Shown here: piece by piece, positions 23,301 through 34,900 of the stretch
Layout: each line of letters begins with the position of its first letter
How positions within the stretch are numbered: the first letter of the stretch is position 1
Assembly (NCBI RefSeq): GCF_003918875.1
Contig: NW_025767705.1
Span: 186,001-250,000 of the forward strand
Length of the DNA: 64,000 nt
Source of the DNA: Haliotis rubra
Taxonomy: Eukaryota
Direction of reading: 5' to 3'
Made by a program: the position numbers and the translations under genes
Notes under the pieces: generated by a model
Seen by the model: only the letters and a program-made list of their open reading frames with translations
What the model was told of the DNA's origin: nothing
The model's database searches: none

Positions 23301-25907
23301 GAGGCCGATGGAAAATCCCACCTACGTGCCTTTCGAGAGTAAATACACTGATAAACGTTCTGTCGTCTGGATTTTTGAAAAATACAAAATAATACTTTTG
23401 GAAAAATTGACCCATATTTACAGAAATTAGAGTTCATTGGACATGGATGGCCTAAACATATTTTGGTTCCTAGTTTAAGGAACAAAAATGTATATTTCAA
23501 AGCTGAGATTGAAGAGAAATACACCGAGGAAACAAATAAGGGAACACCACTTCATGGCATCTTTTTGATGCTCGGATTTTCTCCCACAGCGCTATTCAAA
23601 AGCTGGTGATGAAAACTGGACAATATTTAAGACACGCCTGAAGTTTCCTGTGTTCCTTTGCTTGTTTCTCTCAGCATATTTGTCCTTCACAAATAGTAGA
23701 GCCTGTGGAACCATCGATACCTTATGTTGTTAGTTCATATTATTCATATCTTGAACGTACGCTGTCCCAGCAAGGGCTAGAACATGGGCTCCTGCTGTCT
23801 GTCATTCATTTGTCAAGGGTTTCTTCGTCATGTCACCGAAAATCTTACTCTAATATGGATTATACTTTACTTAATAATTCATCAATTCAATACCGATGAA
23901 AATGATATTTTCATTTTTATAACATAAAAGAGATACAGAACTATATGTATATATGTGTTATACAATAAATATGAAGTTGCCATCTATATACTTGTCTTAT
24001 ATATTCTCCATCTTCTAAATGCCTCTCAAGAATCTAATATAGAACTATCATTCAAATTACTCTAAAAGGAAGAAGTCATATGTGATGGAGAATTCATCTT
24101 TTTTATTTACAATTTCAGCAATAGATGCCGAATTTATCTTGAACCAGATACAGGTTTTACAGACGTGAGTCTTACCACTGTAGTTCTTTATCCAAATATG
24201 TGACTATTAGGAACCCATTTCATTTGGGATTCTAGAGAAGAAGATCCATCGTTCATGAAATTACACATGCCACGTAACATCATTTGAACAATAGATGCAT
24301 GTACGTGCTGTATCACATAGCAGTGGACGGAATGAAAGTAATACTTCCTGGCACCCAGCCACTCGTAATATCTTATTTCCTATTCAAGAACATTCTCGTT
24401 AATTGAAATCGTTTTGTAGATTAATTGGAAATAAGATACGATGTAATCGTGACCAGGGCTGTAGTTATGTTTTGTAGTGCGTGCGTGCGTGTGTGCGTGC
24501 GTGCGTGCGTGCATGTTAGTGTTGGTGGGTCGGGGTCTGGGTAGGCAAAGTTGTAAGAGTAGCTGGGTTGACACTAGGCTGACCCTATTGAGACAGCCTC
24601 CTTTAGCAACACCATTCATTATAGACTGCTTAAACACTGAAAATCGGGGCTGTGTGGTAGCGTTCGCTCGTCACGCCGAAGGTAGGGGTGCGATTCCCTA
24701 TATGTGTAAAATCTGTGAAGGCCATTTGTGCTGTCCCTCGCCGTTATAATTGCTGGGATATTTCTAAAAGCGGCGCAAAACCATGCTCACTCACTGAAAA
24801 TCAGAGAAATGAAATGATCCATTGCTGATAGTGAATATGATCTCTAATGCTTTGTATTTGAACAGAGACTGTGCTAAGGGACTGGGAGAGGACAAATTCA
24901 GGCGGGCTTACTCCATCCTGGATTCCGTTCAAGATGCAGAGAAACTGAAGGTAGAGACAGAACAACGTAAACAGGGTACACTGTAGAATGTTTCGACGAA
25001 CTGGACACACAACGAATAATAATGTTATGCAATAGTTTCAATGTAATTCCTTTGTAAAACTGCTCAATATGTTATTGATTTGAATGCAAACGCAACAAAG
25101 AACTAAATAAAACTCAAGACTACACAAGTATGTTGAGAAATAGTATTTGCTTAGTCAGAGGTCAATACGGATCCATGTTATGAAGAAATAGTTTTCGCTC
25201 ACAAAACCCAATACGATCAAAACAACAAAATGTCAAAAAGGAATAGTGAGCCTCATAAGTATATATGTTTCGATATTAGAAGGTCGGTTGTCGTTTAACG
25301 CCACACTTAGCAATATTCCAGCTATATGGCGGCGATCTGAAAATAATGGAGTCTGGACCAGACAATCCAGTGATCAACAGCATAACCTACACAAGCTTGG
25401 ATACGATGACATGTGTCAACCAAATCAGCGCGCCTGACCAGCCGATCCCGTTAGTGACCTCTTACGACAAGCATGGGTTGTTGAAGACCAATTCTTACCC
25501 GGATCTTTGGGGTTTTCGAATTTCGAATTTCGAGTAAGAATATGATAATGAGTATTGATATATGCACCATAGTATGTCGTGTTCATCCTGTAAAATATAT
25601 ATTCCCGGTCGAATATAACAGGCCGAAATATGAAATGATTCAGATTAGAACAGATGGCTGCAATGTGGACAGATTTAGCCTCTTGATTTAAGTGTAAGTA
25701 CAATCTTTAAACATGATGTGTAGGTATACTCTCCGTGACATAGTACAACTACGTAAGGTTTGTTTCACATCATTGATACTTTCTCTCTTGCAGGGACGTC
25801 TCGTTGGCCTGATCGGAGAGGACATGTTCCGGGAATACAGCGAGAAGATAATGTGCTTGCGTATGTTTGAAAACGGATTACAAAACGTGGGATCTCAGAA
25901 ACGATAA
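13731..25907 (+). CDS. NIMA-related Ser/Thr kinase, NEK4-like, copy 1 (488 aa); exons 13731-13820, 18858-19118, 19420-19520, 19674-19770, 20368-20475, 20573-20716, 20974-21315, 23173-23251, 24119-24164, 24866-24950, 25794-25907
   Basis: Motifs [38 protein letters not shown] (DLG as in NEK4), [21 protein letters not shown]-terminal [37 protein letters not shown] resembles the NEK4 tail. All introns GT-AG; 1467 nt open frame. Confidence 0.9.
14400..14545. mobile_element. Tc1-like terminal fragment (similar fragments at ~70-212 and ~14990-15087)
   Basis: Shared aattaacatgtaagtcta core, ending ..cacttatggcca..ctgTA (CAG.. terminus plus TA). Confidence 0.45.
15817..16171 (-). mobile_element. Full-length tRNA-headed V-domain-like SINE with 13-bp TSD
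   Basis: A/B boxes (gtggtgtagtgg, ggttcgatccc), V-like CATACCAAAAGAC..AAAATATGGTAC..CCCTGCCTGGCGCTCGGCA, (CACCT)n tail, TSD CCATGACTTCGAG. Confidence 0.8.
17245..17322. repeat. (GT)n microsatellite
   Basis: Direct reading. Confidence 0.95.
18858..19118 (+). CDS. NEK4-like copy 1 exon 2
   Basis: cag|FALKTVD...QTASALA|gtgagt. Confidence 0.92.
19420..19520 (+). CDS. NEK4-like copy 1 exon 3 (HRD, DLG)
   Basis: [34 protein letters not shown]. Confidence 0.92.
19674..19770 (+). CDS. NEK4-like copy 1 exon 4 (activation loop)
   Basis: [32 protein letters not shown]. Confidence 0.92.
19875..20110. repeat. ~30-bp minisatellite in NEK copy 1 intron 4
   Basis: atacctctgtcccagggtctttcagcagaat, ~8 copies. 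Confidence 0.9.
20368..20475 (+). CDS. NEK4-like copy 1 exon 5
   Basis: [13 protein letters not shown]...IVSGK. Confidence 0.9.
20573..20716 (+). CDS. NEK4-like copy 1 exon 6
   Basis: [34 protein letters not shown]. Confidence 0.9.
20974..21315 (+). CDS. NEK4-like copy 1 exon 7
   Basis: Homologous to copy 2 exon 7 (FRTKWGT, VMRGLMG). Confidence 0.85.
21564..22622. mobile_element. Non-autonomous TIR element with TTAA target site (Kolobok-like MITE)
   Basis: ttaa|ggtcgcatgca ... tgcatgtgacct|ttaa, inserted into an 80-bp repeat unit. Confidence 0.65.
22623..23013. repeat. 80-bp tandem repeat, ~5 copies (plus one at 21480-21563)
   Basis: aaagtatggcagttacgaccac.ttagcgatacgatcgctttatggaa at an 80-nt period. 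Confidence 0.92.
23173..23251 (+). CDS. NEK4-like copy 1 exon 8
   Basis: RTLK...TEK, phase 0/1, mirrors copy 2 exon 8. Confidence 0.7.
24119..24164 (+). CDS. NEK4-like copy 1 exon 9
   Basis: 46 nt, [15 protein letters not shown], same size as copy 2. Confidence 0.8.
24866..24950 (+). CDS. NEK4-like copy 1 exon 10
   Basis: [28 protein letters not shown]. Confidence 0.85.
25794..25907 (+). CDS. NEK4-like copy 1 exon 11 (stop)
   Basis: [37 protein letters not shown]. Confidence 0.85.
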   Translation, partial: GRLVGLIGEDMFREYSEKIMCLRMFENGLQNVGSQKR

Positions 25908-28849
25908 TAACTCCACATAGAAGTAACTCAGAACTTGATGCAACAGAGATCCGGGGAATAACGTTATTAACATAGCAAAGTAACGCGGATCCCGGGCAGT
26001 ACACTGTGGTAGATCCTTCGCGTACGGGTTTGCTGCTGATCGAGGGTGATAATCTGGGCAAATTTCATATCACGCTACCCGTTATTAACCTACGCACTAT
26101 TTGTTGACATGTAAACTGAGGTTTTGAAGCAATATAATGCTACGAACAGTAACTCATAGATTCATCTTATCTAAGATTCATTCAAGTGCGTGGCATATTC
26201 ACACACATAACTGCGTCTTGATCATTTGTGACATGTCCCCCTCTTTGACGGCCCCAAAAGCGTGAAAAGATGGAATTTGTTGTTACCGCGCCTGACAATC
26301 AGCATCACGCAGCTTTTCTGAGACCATCTTTGATATCTCTTTAATAAGTGGTGTCCGAAAATCGAGATATGTAAAACCAAAATTTTGAAAGATCGAAGCT
26401 TAAAATATGGATGCACTGATCTCTGTGTATCTGTAGCGAAACTAAGATGCATTTTAATGAGAATAGACAAGCCTAAATTTCATCAACAAACGACTCAAAT
26501 GCGATGCTAAACAATTTACGACAAAGAAACTACAACATGATAACTGATACCCTGAATCCAACCCCGAGCACGTCTGTGGGAGAGCGCAGTGTTGGGGAAG
26601 ATAGAGATATCAGGCCGCGTAATTCATAAAGACGTGAAAGATGATATTTGTTATCAGGCACAAAGTCGGCTCGGAGTCAGCACAATGTGTCTGAGTGTGA
26701 GCGTTGAGATGCGGCATGGTATGTCCTGGGCCGATCACTTTGCAGCACAGCCGAGCCCAGCACGCACGCATACGTTTATACGGCCCTTTTTACCTGAATG
26801 GGTTTAAGTATATTGAAATTCATTCGTCTGAGCGGCATGTCACCACGTGACGCCTGTATCGTACACACTGCTTCTCACCTGAATAGGGAAGCGCATCATA
26901 TTACCACTGAGTGTTGACTAGAGTTGTCACTGCATTGTTTGAGGAACGATATAACCTTAGGAACGTTTAAATACCTTTATCAATGAGCAAACGACCATAT
27001 CGATGAATTGTTATGATATGAATTGAGCGAAATATACACAGTAAAGTGTTGTTGGATCGTTGGCAAAACTGTTATAGTAGGATAGTGTAATGTCCTTTAT
27101 GTCACACCTTTCTTTTTGTTATTCCGTCCCAGTGAGTACATACTGTAAATGATATTAAGTATATCAAAATAAAATATAATAATAAAGTATATCAAAGTAA
27201 TTTTTCCTTTCTGTTTTTTTTTTGTCAGTAGGTCATGACAATAAACCCGCTAATATCCAGGTTAGAAATTATCTTCAGTAACCCATGGTTCTCGTATAAG
27301 GCGACAAACTGGATCGGGTAGGTCTGGCTCGCTGACTTGGTTGACACATGTCATCGTATCTCAGATCGTAGATCGATGCTCATATTGTTGATCACTGGAT
27401 TGTCTGGCCCAGACTCGATTATTTACTGACCGCCGTCGTATAAGTGGAATATTACTGCAGAGTGCGGCGTAAGGCAACAAACAAAAAATCCGGCATCCCC
27501 ACAGCGCTGTATGTTGCACAAACGAGCATAAAATCTGAAAAACTAACGCAGACATATGGTTACAGACATTAGATTTTGTGTAATCTTTATATGCTCAACA
27601 GCAAACATGACTAAGTGAGTTTGGTTTTACGCTGCTTTAAGCAATATTCCAGCAATATCACGGCGGGGGACACCAGAAATGGGCTTCACACATTGTACCC
27701 ATGTGGGACCCGGGTCTTCGGCGTGACGAGCGAACGCTTTAACCACTAGGCTACCCCACCGCCCCCCAACGTGACTGAATACGCACACGTCGTTACATAG
27801 CTACAACAATATCGAACTGGAATTTAAACTCCATAGTCTGACCTATGATATCGAACGGGGGAGCTGTTTGTAGCGCAACCTTTGATACAAATAGCAGTTC
27901 AGGCATGCCTGGGGTGTCAGGTAACACGAGAAGAGAGTCCGATCTGTGACGAATCTCTGACATATTTCTGGAAACCAACGAGCAAGAATATGGAAGATGA
28001 TACTATATGCGAAAACTGTGATTCGAGCTCATGTTCATTAGACCTTGACACGCTTTATAGGAGCGCAACTAGGCACAACGATCTACAGCGTCTTAGGGTT
28101 AGCTCCCGGTCTTGATAGTAATTGATATGAATGAGGCCTTGTGAATTATGAAGTAGCTTGAAAAGTCACCTAAAGCCTCATAATCATATTTATTTCTATA
28201 ATCTGTCCAACATCCGTGTAGGTATATGCTTTGTTGTTTAATGCAACATGCCAGCTACATCGCGTCGATCTGTAAATAATTGAGTCTGGACCAGACAATC
28301 CAGTGATCAACAGAATGAATTTTTCTACGCAGTTGGGATACTATGCCGTGTCAATTAGGTCAGCCACCCTGACCACCCGATCCCGTTAGTCGCCTCTTAC
28401 AACAAACCAGACCAATTCTAACCCGTATCTTCACAGGCATGTGCCCGAACCAAGATAGTACAGAAGGGTTACTCATCGTGTCACAACGTGCAAGTCAGAA
28501 CTTGGATACACAGCATTTACCTCAAATGGCATGTGAATTCAGTATTCAGCTGTGACTGTGAGTGTCACAATGTGCAAAAAATTGACTAGTTATACGACAC
28601 CTCAGCTAAACATCATGCCAATTCAATATTCAGCTATAAGTGTGTCATAATGTGCAAAAAACAAAATTTGATTTTTACAATCCAACAGATAAGTCAATTC
28701 CACTCTCACTTAAAAAGTGTGTCACCATGTGACATCAATGTCAGGTCAATAATTCAACTCCAACCCGGAAGTCACAAAGCGAAAGTAGCGACAACTGAGA
28801 GGAGCTTGGGGTTTTCCGTACAGTAATATCACTGCGACGCAAAACTGTC

Positions 28850-28939
28850 ATGGAGTCCGATTACAAGATCGTCAGGGAGCTGGGAAAGGGAGCGTTTGGG
28901 ACAGTTTACCTCATCAAACACAAGAGAGAAGCGGAATGG
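28850..28939 (+). CDS. NEK4-like copy 2 exon 1
   Basis: [30 protein letters not shown]|gtaatg. Confidence 0.9.
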
Positions 28940-31900
28940 GTAATGCATAGTTGTAGCTCACTGTCCCACGTTCACCTTTGTGATTCACGAAGCCTACTGT
29001 AGACAGGGTGTAAATACTCGTACTGGATAGGAGGTTATCTATCGTTATAAGCATTCATTCTGTTCACTGTATATGTCATATTAAGTTAGTTGCCTGTTGC
29101 CTCCTTGAAGACACTGACATCATTACAAACGGTTTTTGTGCATGTTGGAGAGCTGTACGATAGTGTATCTGTTGTAGTTAACTGAGGCATGGAAACCAGA
29201 GTGTTTGTTGTGTAGCACTGAAATCGAGACCCTCTAAAAGTGTTAGGTCAGCCCACCAGATTCAGTAAACATTGACGTGCTACCGTCTTGCTGTACGACT
29301 CCACGTTCCCAAAGTATCGAACCGGACACGACTCGGTTACTTCCCCAACAAACAGTAGTAAACAAGAGGCATATAGCTGGAATATTGTTCCTGCTGTTAC
29401 TACTACTACTACTACTACCGCTGCTGCTGCTGCTGCTACTACTACTACTGCTGTTACTACTACTACTGCTGCTACTACAACTCACTTACTCATTAACTTT
29501 TGCACAAATGCTTGTCGAGTTAAGATTTGGAATATGTTTTTATGTGAACTGTGTATATTGATCAGTTTTTAATATTTTAAAGATATTATTACAATATATA
29601 CCGCCCAGGAAGCTGAGAATGAAGATCGAGTGCACACCCACCTGCTGACCGGGCGTCTATTGTGAGCTCTTTGAGCACGCATCTTGTGTATGGAGTCAAA
29701 GTATACACATTATTATGTTACAGACGAAAATGTGTGAATGTAGCAAAGAATGTGAACCTTGCAGTCAGGCAGGTTAACTTCATCATCAGTTCATGGCCCT
29801 TGTCGCTTCCACGCATTATCCAGACAGCCAATGGGACCTCACCCATGAAGCTGCTGCCTCTTCGAATCCACCATAAACGTTCCAGCAAATATGCAGTCTC
29901 CCCAACACTGCAGCCTTCTACATTAATCAGAGTTGTAAAAAATTGTCATTTTCCACCACGCCCTCTGCATATTCTGGATAGATCTAGAAGTCAAAGCCAA
30001 ACACGATGTTGAATGAAGGGATGAAGTCACTCATGATACTGCGTTTGAGCCAATTCTGGACACCCACATACAATGTGGAACAGTCTCGTTATATTCATTG
30101 CATAGTCTGTATTTCCTATTTCGAAATACATTTGACGTATGGTGACTACCCAACACTGCAGCCTTCTGCATTACCCAGTGCTGTGCTCCCGGCGGAGAAC
30201 CCAACGTTCTCCTCATCTGCACAAAGAGATCGTGAGGTGCCAAACCAAGGGCATGTGCTAAAGCACATCATTACTGCTATCATTATTATTTCTATTCGTT
30301 TTGAATGGTGTCTGGGCCGGGCAATCCAGTGGTTGACACCATAAGTATCGATGAAGGCAATTGGTTACTGTGACAGGCCTCAATCAAGTCACCGAGCCTG
30401 ACCACCAGACAAGGGCAGGTTGCTGAAGATCAATTCTAACCCGGGTCTTCATACATATGTTCTGCCTTGGTGAATGTACGCCTCATCAATATTTCGCAAC
30501 CTTGCTTATCAATTTCTTAAAAACGAAACTTTCATATGTATGATAGCCATTTGAGAAATAGATTGTTACAAGCTTCCTTGTCATCTGTGTTATCACACAC
30601 AGCTTAATGAGTATTCTTTTATTTGAGGCTGGAGTCGTCTGTACTTATATATAGCGCGAAACGACCGGGGTGGTGACATTGCAAAATCAACCAGTTTGTC
30701 AGTGTTTGTGTAGTATGGGGGGCGATGGGGGTAGCATAGTGGTTAAAACGTTTGCTCGTTACGCTAAAGACCCGGGTTCGATTCCCCACATCGGTACAAT
30801 GTGTGGAGCCCATTTCTGGAGTCTCTCGCCGTTAAATTGCTGGAATATTGCTAAAAGCGGCGTAAAACTAAACTCGCTCGCTCGTGTATTATCGTATTTC
30901 GTTGATGTCCGTGGATCACTTGTTACCATGCTATCCACATCGCCTTACCTGCCAAGGGCAAGGTTTACAGGTATACCAAATTTATTGGCCGATCCGGGTT
31001 AGAATTGATCTTCAGTAGCCCATTCTTGTCGTACGAGGCGACAAATGGGATCGGGTGGTCAGGTTCGCCGACATGGTTGACACATGTCATTGTATCTCAG
31101 TTCCGTAGATCGATGCTCATGCTGTTGATAACTGGATTGTCTGGTCTAGACTTGATTATTTACAGATCTGTAAATCTGTAATATTGCTTATTGCTGGAAT
31201 ATTAACTCACTCACCAATTAATTGTTGATTTTATTGCTTTTCATACACCAGTTCGCCTTGAAAACTGTGGATTTGTCAAGAGCCGACGCCAAAGAGAGGG
31301 CCAGTGCCGAGAAAGAGGCCAATCTGATGCGAGAGCTGGACCATGATCACGTGGTGCGGTACGTGGCTTCCACCTTTAACGGGTCCACCCTGTTCATCTT
31401 CACGGAGTACTGCGAGGGCGGGGATCTGTCACACTTCCTGGAAGACACCAGTGGGAAACTGCCTGAAGACTTGATTGTGTGTTGGGTGTATCAAACCGCG
31501 GAGGCTTTGAAGGTGAAATAAACTTTAAACAACGAAGTTTAGTAACTCATTTGAACCAGTTTACAGAAACTTCTAGACAATATTCCACTTATACTGTTTC
31601 TGGAAGGTTATTACACAAACACACATATATCTTACGATGCACATTCTGAAAACCCTTTAATATCGGATTTAGGTACATCTGTGCATATCGAGGCAGACCA
31701 TGAGGATCTTAGTTAGTAAAAGCACATTGCCAAAAACAGTATTTACGGTTTTAGTGCAATCAGGGGATTGCATGTGTACGGGACCCACTGTCTCTCATAA
31801 ACGTCTTAAATGCTGAGGACACACATCAAGCTGAAAAATATTGTAATTGGTCATATTCCGTGAGAGAAGAGTAAACTTAGGGTCATTAAACTTTTCGTGT

Positions 31901-34900
31901 GCACCCCCCTCATATGAACAATACAATTCTCGACTCTAAATCCCTGGACTGAATTATGTTTTTTATAATTTTATTACCAATGATTTTTTTCCATTATTGG
32001 GGTATTACAGTAAGAGTGATATATGTGTCTATGTTGCAGTACCTCCACCACAGGAAGATCCTGCACAGAGACCTAAAACCCCAGAACATCTACCTGAGTG
32101 GGGAGGGGGACATCAAACTGGGGGACCTGGGTATTGCAAGGTGAATATAAACTAGTTATTGAGACAAGGTCTACTCTTCTAGGAAATCCACACTATCACA
32201 CCGTTTCATGACTTGCTGTTATATAAATTCCAAAATAGGAATCAGTAGAGCTGACTGTTCTCTTGCAGGATTCTGGACAAAGGCGCTGACATGGCGTCTA
32301 CAATGGCCGGAACTCCCTGCTACATGAGTCCTGAGATATTCCAGATGAAGGGCTACAATCACAAGGTATAGTCACTGCCATAACTTTCCCATCATAGTAA
32401 ACAAAATAACCTCACGGACAGGGAATGCTTGTCAAGGATATCTGATTCTAAACCACCTGTCTTTCTTAAGAGGTTAAAGAGTTCTGACGTTGTCTTCGGT
32501 CTTTCCGTACATTGTATGAACATTTTTCATAAAGAACTCCAAAACTAGGAATCGGAAATGAAAGATTGATCATGGATCGAAGTAAAATGGAAACAAAGGT
32601 GCCCGGCCACTGCCACTTCAGAACAAATACAGATAGATATCACGATATCAAATAGATTGTGACAGTGTAAAATATTCCGGACTTCTGTGTACCCGGTACC
32701 CGGTACATTCAACCATGTAATGCTAAATCTAGCACGGAATGTAATGTAATGTTAGGTAATGTACGTGTTTTGAGCTGTTCAAGCTTTGTATGCTACCAAT
32801 AAATGAATTCAGTGAAAGTAAGTCGCCGTGCTGTCCATGTTTATTCCGTTGAATATATGATAGCTTAGGTTAATACCTTAGGTTAATGCCCAATATTATT
32901 TACCTCAATAACTTAGTATACCCAGCATTTATACCTTGATTACATAGGTTGATACCAACCACTATGTACCTTAAAGGGGAACTGTACACGAATAAATCAC
33001 ATTTATTCTTCTGTGAATCAAAGTGAACTGTTTTAATTAGTTAATACCAATGTTTGAAAATATACACTCATTTTTCTTTCAATGTAAGTATAACCCTCAA
33101 AATAAGTGCTGAAATGTTATGCCAATATGAAGCCTTTGTTTGCCGAGCTAAACAGGCCAGAGTTACCGCCCTTTGATTATGACGTAATTGGTGCCACTTG
33201 ATTTTATACTGGTCTACTGTCTAGTCCCAAATCAAAAGATAATAATACTGATTTTAATCAAGTGAAAAAAGTTTGATACAAACCACTATGTACCTTAATA
33301 GCTTAGAATTAGGTTAATAACAAGTATCTTGATAGCTTAGATTGTAAACATGGTTTACCTTGATAGCTCAGGTCAATAACCACCATGATAGCTTAGGTAA
33401 AAAGTAAACATTGGTAGCTTGGGTTAATACTAAATATGGTTTACCTTGATAGCTCAGGTCAATAACCACCATGGTGTACCTTGATAGCTTGGGTTAATAC
33501 CCATAATTATGTATCATAATACCTTAGGTTAATACCCAACATGATGTACCTTGATAGCTTGTGTTAATACCCACCCGTGAAGATACGGGTTAGAATTGCT
33601 TTTCAGTAACCCATAAGAGGCGACTAACGGGATCGGGTGGTCAGGCTCGCTAAGTGGGTTCACACATTTCATTGTATGCCAGTTGTATAGATCGAAGCTC
33701 ATTTTTGTTGATCACTGGATTGTGTGGTCAAGACTCGATTATTTACAGTCCGCCGCCACATAGCTGAAATATTGCTCAGTGCGGCGTACAATTAAACTCA
33801 CTAACTTGGTTAATACCCATGGTGATAGCTTAGGTTAAAAGTAAACATGGTGTACCTCGATAACTTATGTTAATACCCACCATACTCACTCGATGTTCAG
33901 GGTGTTGATCACTCGATTGTCTGTCGATTATATATTTACAGACATCAGTCATATAGCTGGAATATTGCTGATTGCGACCTTAAACAACCAATAAACCAAC
34001 ATACAATACACTTATGTTAATACCCACCATTGTGTTCCACCGCGCTTGTTTCAGACTGACATTTGGAGTTTCGGCTGTGTGGTGTACGAGATGGCGGCCG
34101 GAGAGCGAGCGTTCGACGCCCCCGTCGTACAATTCCTCATCTTCAAGGTGGTTGCTGGGGTGGTAAGCTCAAACTGCCTGGTAGTAAAAGTCAACAACCC
34201 AAGATCGAAAAAGTATAACAATTTGTTCTCATGATTTAATAACACTTTGCTCTAAACATGCCTGATGTAGTGATGTCTTGAAGAAATGGTGTTGTGAGAT
34301 TCTCAATTTGTCACCATGCCGACTCTTCCTGTCGTAGGTCCCTCCAATCCACAGCGACTACAGTGACGCTTTGCGCCGGTTAGTAAAGTCGATGATGGCC
34401 AAAGACCCAGATCACCGCCCCAGTGCTGCTGATCTGCTAGAACGTAGCCCTGTCAAAGAATTCAGACAAAGTCCCCAAAGGGTATGATATATATCCTGCA
34501 TCATAGGATTTATTATATACCCATGTAAACTTAGGACAGTAATACAGGGGTCCAATGCGGATGATGTGGTCAATAGAGGATACTTAACTCGTTTCCGTGT
34601 AATACCAATTTATTAAACGAGTTAATGACTTGGTATCAAACGAGCGAAAACGAGTTTAATAAAAATGGTATTTCACGGAAGCGAGTTCAGTATTCTGTTT
34701 CGCTCGTTTGATACTAAATCTTTCACGAGTTAATAAAGATGGTATTTCACGAAGCGAGGTTAGTATTCTGTTTATTACTCTCCAACATAAATTGATAAAA
34801 ACTGCCTACAGTGTGATGACTCTCTCATCAATTTTCCGCGAATCAAGCAAGGTCTAATACCATTGCCATTCGTCACCACTCGCCCCTTTCCGTAACCTCC

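Noticed and set aside
29243-29572. Poly-Leu/Ser/Thr ORFs
   Set aside because: Trinucleotide microsatellite in intron 1 of NEK copy 2
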